From: Escherichia virus KFS-EC
Sequence record: MH560358
Length of the DNA stretch: 64,000 nt
Direction: 5' to 3' (one strand)
Below the pieces are notes generated by a model. The model did not search any database and had not been told where the DNA came from. It was given only the letters and a program-made list of their open reading frames with translations. The position numbers and the translations under genes are program-made. Within the stretch, counting starts at the first letter, position 1; each line of letters begins with the position of its first letter. Below are positions 46,978-55,060 of the stretch, piece by piece.

Positions 46978-47790
46978 TCAATCTACGTTAGTTACATAAA
47001 CTTCTTGCGTATCAGAAGACTTACCACCTGAACGATCTAGGCAATAGGTCTTATTCAACAGGACGCAGTTTAAATCATTCCGCTTGATAAAGTCAAGGAG
47101 ATGATCATTTACCTTTCCCTTATGATGTGTGACATTACTGATACCAAACCGAAAACCACGCTCCATAATAGATTCTACCCACTGATAGAATTTAATCTCT
47201 TCCTCGTCACTCCAGAACTTATTATATTCCGCAGAAGTGATAAGGTACGGCGGGTCCAAATAAACGAAATCACCTGGCAAGATCTCGATCTCGTCATAGC
47301 GACCAGACGTAAAACTGATTCGACCGTCTTTGTTTTCTTCCTTAAAATTCAGGACACGCTCTACCGCGTTTTCGTTAAAAGTCCGGCGACCAAAATTAGC
47401 ATTAAATTCTCCCTTCCTGTTATGGCGGTTAATGTTGCTAAAACTGTGCTGAATCAGAACAAACAGAGATAGCGGATCTGGATTCTCGTTATACTTCTTG
47501 CGGAATGCCATATAAGAATCTTTATCATCACGAGACAAACCATTTTCGGCAATGATACGCTTGATCGTAGAAACCGGATCAGGACACTCGTCAATCTCTT
47601 TGTACGCGTCAATTAAGCGGTGATCATAGTCATTAGCCAGAACATCCCCTTCGACGTACAGAGACACGCTCAAGCCGCCACAAAAGGCATCAACAAAGCG
47701 GTTATAGTGCTTAGGGAAATACTTACTAACACTAGGCAATAACTTTTCCTTATTGCCAGTATAGGGAATTAAACCTAATGCTTTCTTCAT
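46978..47790 (-). CDS. dam: DNA adenine methyltransferase Dam
   Basis: motifs FVD.FCGGLSVSL and DFVYLDPPYLIT..(E/A)YNKFWS(D/E)EEE as in T4 Dam. Confidence 0.88.
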   Translation of the reverse strand: MKKALGLIPYTGNKEKLLPSVSKYFPKHYNRFVDAFCGGLSVSLYVEGDVLANDYDHRLIDAYKEIDECPDPVSTIKRIIAENGLSRDDKDSYMAFRKKYNENPDPLSLFVLIQHSFSNINRHNRKGEFNANFGRRTFNENAVERVLNFKEENKDGRISFTSGRYDEIEILPGDFVYLDPPYLITSAEYNKFWSDEEEIKFYQWVESIMERGFRFGISNVTHHKGKVNDHLLDFIKRNDLNCVLLNKTYCLDRSGGKSSDTQEVYVTNVD

Positions 47791-48221
47791 TATCCCTTCC
47801 TCAAATAAGTTCTCTCGATCTCTACCAGTTCGAAAAATTCTTGCCAATCACACGGAAAATTGCAGTTTCCGAAATGATCCTCTTTGTAAAGTTCTTTACC
47901 GGATGGCAGCTTAATATCTGTTACGCTGTAGTATCCGCAACAATCGCAATCACCATCTGTATATTCTGTTTTAGTCGGAATATCCATCATTGCCAGATAC
48001 AAAGGTACATCGTCTTGCTCAAAGTTCATGTAACCTTCATGGTCGAATGAAACAAAGTTATCATCGCCACCGAAAGGGATATAATGGTCATAATCGGTTA
48101 CAGGTTGACCGTGCAATTCCCATTCTACAATTTTAACATTACCACTAAACTTTATACCCATAATTTCAACAAGAAAATGAGTATCGTCAATGTAAATCTT
48201 ACTAGGGGTTGGATAAACCAT
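47790..48221 (-). CDS. hypothetical Cys-rich protein (143 aa)
   Basis: ATGA coupling to dam. Confidence 0.55.
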   Translation of the reverse strand: MVYPTPSKIYIDDTHFLVEIMGIKFSGNVKIVEWELHGQPVTDYDHYIPFGGDDNFVSFDHEGYMNFEQDDVPLYLAMMDIPTKTEYTDGDCDCCGYYSVTDIKLPSGKELYKEDHFGNCNFPCDWQEFFELVEIERTYLRKG

Positions 48222-48231
48222 TATATAATCC

Positions 48232-48525
48232 TCATATCTCAGAGAATAGAATCTCTGTTAGCTTCACTGACTGCTCTCTGAATGTTAGCGTATACTCGAA
48301 AGGAAAGTCAACACCCAACTTCAAAAGAGAATAGCCTACATCCTCTTTATGCTTATCGGTTAGGGCAATCCTAACCAATTCCCGTTGAATCTCTTTAGGC
48401 GGTGAATGGATAGTAACACGGGTATCATGCAATGTCCAGTCACCATTACGAATCAAGATTAACGGTTTATCGTCATTGAAGATCACCGACCCCTTTCCGG
48501 TCGGTGAGTGTTTTATACTAATCAT
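48232..48525 (-). CDS. hypothetical protein (97 aa)
   Basis: overlap-coupled to upstream ORF. Confidence 0.45.
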   Translation of the reverse strand: MISIKHSPTGKGSVIFNDDKPLILIRNGDWTLHDTRVTIHSPPKEIQRELVRIALTDKHKEDVGYSLLKLGVDFPFEYTLTFREQSVKLTEILFSEI

Positions 48526-48739
48526 CAAATTCTAAGAAATATTCTGGAACGATATACCCGTTAAAGTCATTGCACTTATAAAAACGTGGTGCATTCAATG
48601 CTGAATGAGCATTAGTAAAGAGTTTACCCTCTAGAAACAGAATGTAATTAATAGGTCTAATACCGACAGAATCAGGGTCTAAACCTTTTTCTTTCAGTTC
48701 AGCCAGCGTTAAAACTCGGCCAGATCGTAACTTAGCCAT
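48518..48739 (-). CDS. hypothetical protein (73 aa)
   Basis: ATG with AGGGG SD. Confidence 0.45.
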   Translation of the reverse strand: MAKLRSGRVLTLAELKEKGLDPDSVGIRPINYILFLEGKLFTNAHSALNAPRFYKCNDFNGYIVPEYFLEFDD

Positions 48740-49025
48740 GATTTACCCCTAATTCATCAAGATTATGTCGCAGCATTTCAGAGTATTTTTCTACTTCCTT
48801 GATCTTAGTGTGGATCTCCACGATCTCATCTTCACTATCAGAAAGTTTAATGGCAATTGCTAGCATGCTTTTACCAGCTTTCATAGTCTCTTTCCGTTCA
48901 ACCAATAGATCCGCGTGTTTCAGTAGCAGTTCTTCACGTCGAACATAAGCAACAGTTAGAGCTTCATCAGCGATTTCTAAAGCATTTTCAGCGACACCAA
49001 CAACCATTTTACGAGTAGACAGCAT
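48732..49025 (-). CDS. hypothetical protein (97 aa)
   Basis: ATG with GAGGTGA SD. Confidence 0.5.
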   Translation of the reverse strand: MLSTRKMVVGVAENALEIADEALTVAYVRREELLLKHADLLVERKETMKAGKSMLAIAIKLSDSEDEIVEIHTKIKEVEKYSEMLRHNLDELGVNHG

Positions 49026-49039
49026 AAATTCACCTCACA

Positions 49040-49348
49040 TTATTTCACGTTAACGCCGTCATCAATCCAGCCGACGCTATTTGGTTTAACAGTTTTACCA
49101 TAGGATGCATACTTAATCAAGCATGGTTTAACATCATTATCAAATCTTCCTAAACGTACTCCCAAATCAGGAATATCCATGTATGCGGCTTTATATCCCC
49201 ATGTGCCATATTCAGAATCAATCTCAACCGGACGGCCTTTAAAAGCATACACTACACCGTGACGGTCAACGATAACATAACAATAACCAGCCGGAAGATA
49301 CACAGTTTCGCCGTAAACTTTAACTGGAGTAGCAGAAGAGATAAACAT
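49040..49348 (-). CDS. hypothetical protein (102 aa)
   Basis: ATG with GAGGATTATATT RBS; promoter at about 49381-49420. Confidence 0.5.
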   Translation of the reverse strand: MFISSATPVKVYGETVYLPAGYCYVIVDRHGVVYAFKGRPVEIDSEYGTWGYKAAYMDIPDLGVRLGRFDNDVKPCLIKYASYGKTVKPNSVGWIDDGVNVK

Positions 49349-49417
49349 AATATAATCCTCACATCGTTCATTTGATGCGGTTATTATATGATAACCGCAT
49401 TTTCATGTCAACAGTTT

Positions 49418-49726
49418 TTAAAAATCTTCTTCCGGTTTATATCGACCGTCATCGACTGGTTTTGGACTGAATCCTTTATGCGTGCGCGGCTTCGCTTCCG
49501 GTTTACCAGCAATCATCAAACCAAAACATTTCAGCCCCTTATAACACATAACAATATCAACCACGGTCCACGTTATAGGCCATACGATTGCAGCAATACA
49601 AAATGCTCCTGTATCGACCTCTTTGGTGTCCTTGTCGAATCTGGCGTACAAGCAGAATACTAGATACGAGATCATTGCACCAGTAGTCCAGATATAAAGC
49701 ACATTAACAATATCTTGTGTTGTCAC
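49418..49726 (-). CDS. small membrane protein (102 aa, two TM segments), GTG start
   Basis: AAGGAGGA SD 4 nt before GTG immediately after upstream stop; track ORF N-terminal 38 aa overlap neighbour and are rejected. Confidence 0.45.
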   Translation of the reverse strand: MTTQDIVNVLYIWTTGAMISYLVFCLYARFDKDTKEVDTGAFCIAAIVWPITWTVVDIVMCYKGLKCFGLMIAGKPEAKPRTHKGFSPKPVDDGRYKPEEDF

Positions 49727-49736
49727 ATTATCCTCC

Positions 49737-50015
49737 TTACATGTCTTGCAGTGCATAAAAGCATTTTTCTTCATAGTCATAGAAAATGTCAAAGTATGCT
49801 TTTTCCACATACTCGCCATTAATCCAAGCGGCAGTAACAATCAGAGTGGTCCAGTTAGATCCGCTCTCAACGGTAAAGGTTTTAATACCCAGCTTCGCTG
49901 CCAAGTCGAACGCAAACCGGACGCAACCACGGCAGGAAGTGATATTGGAAGTTTTGATTTTAAAGCCACCGCGAGTTTTAGAAATTTCTACTTTAGCGAA
50001 AGACAGGTTGATCAT
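49737..50015 (-). CDS. small early protein (92 aa)
   Basis: ATG after AAGGAGAATCAAA leader downstream of promoter. Confidence 0.5.
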   Translation of the reverse strand: MINLSFAKVEISKTRGGFKIKTSNITSCRGCVRFAFDLAAKLGIKTFTVESGSNWTTLIVTAAWINGEYVEKAYFDIFYDYEEKCFYALQDM

Positions 50016-50057
50016 TTTGATTCTCCTTAAGAAAGTGTGTTTCGTTTTGATGTGTGT

Positions 50058-50086
50058 AGTATAGGGGATCACCGATCCCCTGTCAA
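50058..50086 (-). promoter_or_regulatory. early promoter with palindromic spacer GGGGATCGGTGATCCCC
   Basis: -35 TTGACA at 50081-50086, -10 TATACT at 50058-50063. Confidence 0.55.
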
Positions 50087-50095
50087 CAACTTTTT

Positions 50096-50359
50096 TTATG
50101 ATTTTAGTGAATTAACCACTACATCAAAATGATGTACAGAGCACACCTTACGAAACACATATTCATCATGTTTCGGAATCGCCCCCAACCGCTTTATTTC
50201 GCTCGCCGACACGATAAACCGTTTATCAGGTGCATTTACCTTATATGCTTCAACAACGCACGGAAAACGCGTTTTAGAGAGTTCGGGATAGTTTTCTGAC
50301 TCCATCAGGACAATGAATACCCTATTACATTGATTGTAGAATCCGGTTTTTGATTTCAT
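50096..50359 (-). CDS. hypothetical protein (87 aa; start uncertain)
   Basis: shortest-overlap ATG chosen; alternative starts at 50401 or GTG 50425. Confidence 0.35.
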   Translation of the reverse strand: MKSKTGFYNQCNRVFIVLMESENYPELSKTRFPCVVEAYKVNAPDKRFIVSASEIKRLGAIPKHDEYVFRKVCSVHHFDVVVNSLKS

Positions 50360-50663
50360 CAAGTTTTCTTCTCTGTGAAATTCGTGCAATCTTCCTTTCA
50401 TGATTTCGTTGGTTCTCGTCTTCACAGTTTACCCACTCAACAAGGTCTTTACCTAACTCGAAAGCCCATTCTCGGTCCTGCTTTACGTTTTGTAGGTATG
50501 GACTTTCCGACACTCGACGAAGTGATCTTGTCGTAACAAGAATGATCCCAGGAATGTTCGGATGTTCCTTTCCATATACAATAGGACGCGAGTCACTATC
50601 AATACCCTGTAAGAAGGTGTATCCCGAATCACTTAGGATCATATACATTTTCATTTCATCCAT
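50325..50663 (-). CDS. hypothetical protein (112 aa)
   Basis: ATGA coupling with upstream paralog gene. Confidence 0.5.
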   Translation of the reverse strand: MDEMKMYMILSDSGYTFLQGIDSDSRPIVYGKEHPNIPGIILVTTRSLRRVSESPYLQNVKQDREWAFELGKDLVEWVNCEDENQRNHERKIARISQRRKLDEIKNRILQSM

Positions 50664-50923
50664 CACAGTTTCCTCAACCAGTTATTAAAGCGAGTAAACC
50701 ATGATGCTTTTCGTGCTTCTTCTTCGGCTTTGCACGCACGCAAACCACTGAAACACCATTCATAATCATCACTGAAACATGATTCAACAGGAACACCCGC
50801 ATTTCGTAGTTCTCTGGTCGTTATCATGAATCCTTGACATAATGGGCGACCTTCAACAATGATAGGAAGTTTAACTTTTTCCATGAAAGTATACCCAGCA
50901 CGGTCAATAATTTCAATCTTCAT
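50663..50923 (-). CDS. small paralogous early protein (86 aa)
   Basis: MKIEIID...KLPIIVEG; tandem paralog of 50942-51139. Confidence 0.55.
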   Translation of the reverse strand: MKIEIIDRAGYTFMEKVKLPIIVEGRPLCQGFMITTRELRNAGVPVESCFSDDYEWCFSGLRACKAEEEARKASWFTRFNNWLRKL

Positions 50924-50941
50924 AATATAATCCTCAATTAG

Positions 50942-51139
50942 TTATACCGCCCAGGCTTCATTTGCACGAAAACACCATTCATACTCAGGAAAATAACCTT
51001 TAATTGGTACGCCAGCTTTTTGTAGTTCCTGCGTTTCTACAAGATAATCAAGCCCATATCGACGACCTTCCACGATGATAGGAAGTTTAACGCCATTCAT
51101 GAAAGAAAATCCACCATCATCAATAATTTCAATTTTCAT
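50942..51139 (-). CDS. small paralogous early protein (65 aa)
   Basis: MKIEIIDDGGFSFMNGVKLPIIVEG...YEWCF; paralog of 50663-50923. Confidence 0.55.
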   Translation of the reverse strand: MKIEIIDDGGFSFMNGVKLPIIVEGRRYGLDYLVETQELQKAGVPIKGYFPEYEWCFRANEAWAV

Positions 51140-51384
51140 TTGACATTATCTCCATAGATCTTTCCATCAATATCAATTTCACCAGCGCGAACATCTAGGA
51201 TAAGATGTGGTAGGTGTATGCAGTTTTCCCACCCTACGCGCTTCATTTCTTCTACGGTAACGTAAGCCCATCCGTTCGCTGTAATAAAGTCTACTTCAAC
51301 CTTGAGAGGAAAGCAAGACTTTTCTATGTCTTCGAATCCGATAATGTGTTTTGTCGTTGAATATGGAATATATCCGGTGATCAT
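51136..51384 (-). CDS. hypothetical protein (82 aa)
   Basis: ATGA coupling; AAGGAGA SD. Confidence 0.5.
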   Translation of the reverse strand: MITGYIPYSTTKHIIGFEDIEKSCFPLKVEVDFITANGWAYVTVEEMKRVGWENCIHLPHLILDVRAGEIDIDGKIYGDNVK

Positions 51385-51815
51385 TTTGTGATCTCCTTAT
51401 ACTCAACACACCATAAGCGGGTAGCCCATGATAAACGCTCATAACGCTGGCAGAAATCGGACCATAGATATTGTGCACCGTTCGGCATAGTTGAAATATG
51501 CGTTTTCTCACCTACTTTCACGAAAGAAGTATTCGATTTTGTGATCTCGACCGGAGTATATCCGAAAGCTGGTTCCAAGTCAACATCTGAACTAAATGCT
51601 AATTTAACAGAATTTGTTTTTCTGACCGCTGTCCTGTTTCCTTCCGGGTATAACACAGCAGGTTTAGCGCCTAAGCGGATAAACTCAGTATTTTTAATGA
51701 ACAGAATATCATGATAACCGTCATATTCCGACACTTCCATAGTAACAGGAAAATCGATATGTGCTAAACCTGGTAGATCTCGCATATCATGAAATGTAGC
51801 CATAAGCTTTTTCAT
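51381..51815 (-). CDS. hypothetical protein (144 aa)
   Basis: internal ATG with GAGGAA SD. Confidence 0.5.
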   Translation of the reverse strand: MKKLMATFHDMRDLPGLAHIDFPVTMEVSEYDGYHDILFIKNTEFIRLGAKPAVLYPEGNRTAVRKTNSVKLAFSSDVDLEPAFGYTPVEITKSNTSFVKVGEKTHISTMPNGAQYLWSDFCQRYERLSWATRLWCVEYKEITK

Positions 51816-51825
51816 TCTATATTCC

Positions 51826-52023
51826 TCACTCTTCTGTTTCATTTCTTTTATATGGTACTATAACAGGATTAATACAGCAAGCACCAATTACGTTATGAGC
51901 ACCACAATTTAAACATTTATAGTCATGGAACTTATTAAGGAATCGACCAAACTCATAGCCGACTAACGCCGCATGTACTTGAGTCTCGATCTCATCCATA
52001 TCAGCCAATGTTTTAACCTTCAT
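51826..52023 (-). CDS. zinc-ribbon small protein (65 aa)
   Basis: CLNCG...CC motif; ATG with GAGGATTATATT RBS. Confidence 0.45.
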   Translation of the reverse strand: MKVKTLADMDEIETQVHAALVGYEFGRFLNKFHDYKCLNCGAHNVIGACCINPVIVPYKRNETEE

Positions 52024-52033
52024 AATATAATCC

Positions 52034-52324
52034 TCAAATTGTAGTTTTGCGAAGATGGTCATTACATGCTTTTAATGCATCGGTCGCGGTGTCATAGCGA
52101 GTATTATCATAGCACCAATAACCATCTGTCAACTGATAAATTAATCCATCCTTTTTAGCTTCGATGAAAGACAATTCTTTGAAAGTTTCTACTTTCTTTG
52201 CTGATACTCCACGGTCACGGCGCTTATAGAGTTTAGCCAAAATGCGTTCAGCTTGTTCCTCTTTATCACCAGACAGATCCCAGATGATGTTTCGGATATG
52301 CTTGATTAATTGTTCAGTGGTCAT
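52034..52324 (-). CDS. hypothetical protein (96 aa)
   Basis: ATG after AAGGAGAATCAAAG leader; promoter at 52351-52378. Confidence 0.5.
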   Translation of the reverse strand: MTTEQLIKHIRNIIWDLSGDKEEQAERILAKLYKRRDRGVSAKKVETFKELSFIEAKKDGLIYQLTDGYWCYDNTRYDTATDALKACNDHLRKTTI

Positions 52325-52350
52325 CTTTGATTCTCCTTAGTTGGTATGCG

Positions 52351-52378
52351 TGCATTATAGCATTGTGATTATCTTTGT
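52351..52378 (-). promoter_or_regulatory. early promoter (TTGACA-16-TATAAT)
   Basis: -35 at 52373-52378; immediately follows the terminator at 52396-52415. Confidence 0.55.
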
Positions 52379-52395
52379 CAACACCCAAAAACAAA

Positions 52396-52415
52396 AAAGG
52401 CTACCCCGAAGGATA
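52396..52415 (-). terminator. rho-independent terminator (UUCG tetraloop hairpin) after gp38-like gene
   Basis: GGCUAUCC-UUCG-GGGUAGCC followed by U-rich tract. Confidence 0.6.
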
Positions 52416-52425
52416 GCCCATAAAA

Positions 52426-53202
52426 TTACACGCGAGCACCGTAGATCGTGCCTACTTTATCCCAGCGTGGAGCATTACCAGTAACGGCTTTACCAGCAGC
52501 ACCACCGTTATATTCTGTACCGTTACCCTGAGTATTACATCTTCCTCCAGCAGCACCAACGTTACCGCCCGCACCGCCTGTATATGCACTAAGAGACCCC
52601 TTACCAACAGATCCTTTACCCGGAGCGGAAATGGAGCCAGCGGTTGCACCAGAACCCATATTAGAGGAAGACCCGGCAGCACCGAATGGGCAACCACCGC
52701 CGCCACCAAATACTAGTCGACCCCTGTTACCGCCGCCACCGCCGCCACCGCCGCCAGCGATAGCACCGTTATTTGTAATTCGTAGACGTGTACCGATAGC
52801 GTTATTGATTGCGTTTCCACCAGCAGCGCCAGCAGCGTTACTACCACCATTACCCCCACGTCCGTAGACAGTCACACCGGAGTTAATGATCAATGTTACA
52901 TATTCGTTTGTTAACGAGCTAGGGAAGTCAAGACAAGGAACGCCAGTAGATTGGGAAACAATATTACCTGTGATAGTAATTACTACCGGAGTAGATCCTT
53001 GTGCTTTCATCCAGTTAATAAGAGTGTCTTTATTGTAAGAGTTACTAGCACCAATGCTATAATGAATCTCTTTAGAGCGTCCGACCATTGCCGACATATA
53101 CGCCGGACGACCTAAGCGTACAGCTTGCATTGCGGCGCTCATCCACCGTTGACCAGTCTCGGACACAGCAGATGATCCTACCCATCCAGAAGATATTGCC
53201 AT
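52426..53202 (-). CDS. glycine-rich gp38-like tail-fibre adhesin homolog located in early region
   Basis: 258 aa; N-terminus MAISSGWVGSSAVSETGQRWMS...GRSKEIHYSIGA and motifs NEYVTLIINSGVTVYGRGGNGGSN, RLRITNNGAIAGGGGGGGGG resemble T2-type gp38 adhesins as recalled; GAGGAA SD; strongly GC-skewed Gly codons. Confidence 0.55.
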   Translation of the reverse strand: MAISSGWVGSSAVSETGQRWMSAAMQAVRLGRPAYMSAMVGRSKEIHYSIGASNSYNKDTLINWMKAQGSTPVVITITGNIVSQSTGVPCLDFPSSLTNEYVTLIINSGVTVYGRGGNGGSNAAGAAGGNAINNAIGTRLRITNNGAIAGGGGGGGGGNRGRLVFGGGGGCPFGAAGSSSNMGSGATAGSISAPGKGSVGKGSLSAYTGGAGGNVGAAGGRCNTQGNGTEYNGGAAGKAVTGNAPRWDKVGTIYGARV

Positions 53203-53222
53203 AAAATTTCCTCATAAGAAAA

Positions 53223-53239
53223 GCCCCAATTAAGGGGGC
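53223..53239 (-). terminator. terminator-like hairpin upstream of gp38-like gene
   Basis: GCCCC-loop-GGGGC followed by UUUUCUU on minus strand. Confidence 0.45.
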
Positions 53240-53257
53240 ATTGATTGATAATATTAC

Positions 53258-53479
53258 TTAGATGACCTCTGCTTCACCATCCAGGAAGAAAGACCATGTT
53301 TTGTTAGGATAGCGAAGCGCCCATGATTCAGCAGTTTTAACACCCGCTTCGAACAATTGACGGCTGGTTACTTTAGCCATACCATCTTCGATGGCAACGT
53401 TTTCAATAATCATCGGGTACTTAGCGCCACGCATGAAACCGAAACCAGCGGAAGATTTGATAATTTTAACAGTTGCCAT
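53258..53479 (-). CDS. small paralogous early protein (73 aa)
   Basis: resembles 50663-50923 family (GFGFMRGAKYPMIIEN...AGV). Confidence 0.5.
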   Translation of the reverse strand: MATVKIIKSSAGFGFMRGAKYPMIIENVAIEDGMAKVTSRQLFEAGVKTAESWALRYPNKTWSFFLDGEAEVI

Positions 53480-53566
53480 TTTTGATTCTCCTAGAAAGTG
53501 TATCTCGTTTCGATGGGTGTATTATGCAATAACACCGGATCGCTGTCAACACTTTCTAAGAAATTT

Positions 53567-53851
53567 TTAAACTAATCGAATATAGCCCAGAATTTCAGCA
53601 CTTTTAGCCAGATCTAAAACTTCCCATTCAAGGTCTCCATAGTCATAATTTGCAACCATCAACTGACCATTTTTCATGCAGCAATCATGAGAGAAAATTT
53701 GCCCCGCATAAACTACGATAGTGATAAACTTTCCTGATTCTGGCGGTGTGGAAGACAAAGCGACCATATGACCATTCAGCTTAGTCACCAGTGATGGAAC
53801 AATAAAATTCGGGCTTACCTTAATACCGTTAAATTCGTTTGTGTCTTTCAT
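53567..53851 (-). CDS. hypothetical protein (94 aa)
   Basis: ATGA coupling. Confidence 0.5.
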   Translation of the reverse strand: MKDTNEFNGIKVSPNFIVPSLVTKLNGHMVALSSTPPESGKFITIVVYAGQIFSHDCCMKNGQLMVANYDYGDLEWEVLDLAKSAEILGYIRLV

Positions 53852-54198
53852 GCCAGACCTCGCAAAATACTAATAGCATAATCATGCTGGTTATTCATAA
53901 TATCAATTGCATTGTGATAACGAGCTAAACCATCAAGGATAAATTCTTGTTTATCCTGTTTCAGTTTGGTATCACGCGCAGCCATAAGAGCATCAAGAAC
54001 AGGTCCAAAGTGATTATCTAATTCATCTTCGGTTGCAATGTTTCCTATTGCCTCGTCGATCCGTGATTCTAATGCTTGCTTTTCGTTGATCACTTGCTGG
54101 GTATATTCCAACACATCAAGAATATCGCGGGTAACGTCGCCATGATAAGGTATTCCCGCATGAAGATGATCAATTAGTCGTTGAATGTCAATGTTCAT
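53848..54198 (-). CDS. hypothetical protein (116 aa)
   Basis: ATG with GGAGGG SD. Confidence 0.5.
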   Translation of the reverse strand: MNIDIQRLIDHLHAGIPYHGDVTRDILDVLEYTQQVINEKQALESRIDEAIGNIATEDELDNHFGPVLDALMAARDTKLKQDKQEFILDGLARYHNAIDIMNNQHDYAISILRGLA

Positions 54199-54533
54199 TT
54201 GTAACCCTCCTCTGAAAGCACATCCCAGATCGTTGAGTCAAGGTGCATTAAATTCCACATAATAGAGTCATAACTACCGAAGCCAGAAGTAAAAATTACA
54301 TCACACTGGCGATATGTCTTATGAAAATCGGTGGCTGTCTCTGCATCAATAGGCATATCGTCACCTGAAAGCACCAGACATTTAAGAATCATAACTCTGT
54401 TAGCCGTTGGCGCTTGCTTAGTCTTTTCAGCATATTTTTCGATGATCCGTTTTGCCTTTTCTTCTTTGATACGTCCAGACCAAATCCGGTTTCTATATTG
54501 ATTCATAATAATTTCAATCACATCATTTTGCAT
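54195..54533 (-). CDS. hypothetical protein (112 aa)
   Basis: overlap-coupled. Confidence 0.45.
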   Translation of the reverse strand: MQNDVIEIIMNQYRNRIWSGRIKEEKAKRIIEKYAEKTKQAPTANRVMILKCLVLSGDDMPIDAETATDFHKTYRQCDVIFTSGFGSYDSIMWNLMHLDSTIWDVLSEEGYK

Positions 54534-54732
54534 TCTTCACGGTCTCCATAATTGTTTTGTAAGCCAGTTTAAGATGGTCACCGAAAAACTTTGCGGTGTT
54601 ACCCTTCGGATCGCGGAGCATGGTTTCTACGATCTCATCGGCAGTAACAATTTCTCCTTTCTTTGCTGCATGTTCTACCATATACTTCAAAGTTTCTTCG
54701 GAAGCAAGTGCTGCGGCTACTGGATTAATCAT
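54523..54732 (-). CDS. hypothetical protein (69 aa)
   Basis: ATG after AAGGAGAATCAAA leader. Confidence 0.5.
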   Translation of the reverse strand: MINPVAAALASEETLKYMVEHAAKKGEIVTADEIVETMLRDPKGNTAKFFGDHLKLAYKTIMETVKNAK

Positions 54733-54762
54733 TTTGATTCTCCTTTGTTGTCGATGTGTGCA

Positions 54763-54790
54763 TTATGCTATACCCTATTCCGGTTGTCAA
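54763..54790 (-). promoter_or_regulatory. early promoter (TTGACA-16-CATAAT)
   Basis: -35 at 54785-54790; follows terminator 54807-54826. Confidence 0.5.
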
Positions 54791-54806
54791 CACCTAAAAA
54801 CGAAAA

Positions 54807-54826
54807 AGCCACCCTTTCGGATGGCT
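54807..54826 (-). terminator. rho-independent terminator (GAAA tetraloop hairpin)
   Basis: GCCAUCC-GAAA-GGGUGGC then U5. Confidence 0.6.
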
Positions 54827-55060
54827 TTTTGATTATATTTTATTCACGTCCATTTGTATAGTAGTGTTTGAATCGACCTTTGCTAAACTAGTTAAACATA
54901 GTAACCAATTCACCATCCCTTTCCAATGATAACACTTCCTCGTCTTAGACGGGTCTTCTGATTCGGCAGTAATTGAACACGCGAAAGTATGAGGAAGCCA
55001 AATAGTTGTGTTGATGCTAGTATTCTTTTACTTCTGGTATGTATCCCAATGTGACTAACA

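Noticed and set aside
52631-52867. Plus-strand proline-rich ORF (poly-P run)
   Set aside because: Antisense shadow of the glycine-rich gp38-like gene (GGN codons read as CCN on the other strand); no RBS, fully contained in a better-supported minus-strand gene.
52426-53202. GC-rich island as evidence of recent foreign DNA insertion
   Set aside because: The GC excess is explained by the dense Gly/Ala codon content (GGN/GCN) of the encoded protein, so base composition alone does not indicate horizontal origin.
2381-54830. Possible CRISPR array or other interspersed repeat family
   Set aside because: The repeated units are promoter/terminator cassettes with -35/-10 geometry at irregular genomic spacing, not regularly spaced direct repeats with unique spacers.
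54833-55060. tRNA gene in the ORF-free interval
   Set aside because: No convincing cloverleaf: no GTTCGAATC-type T-arm with matching acceptor stem on either strand; kept only as a low-interest ncRNA candidate.
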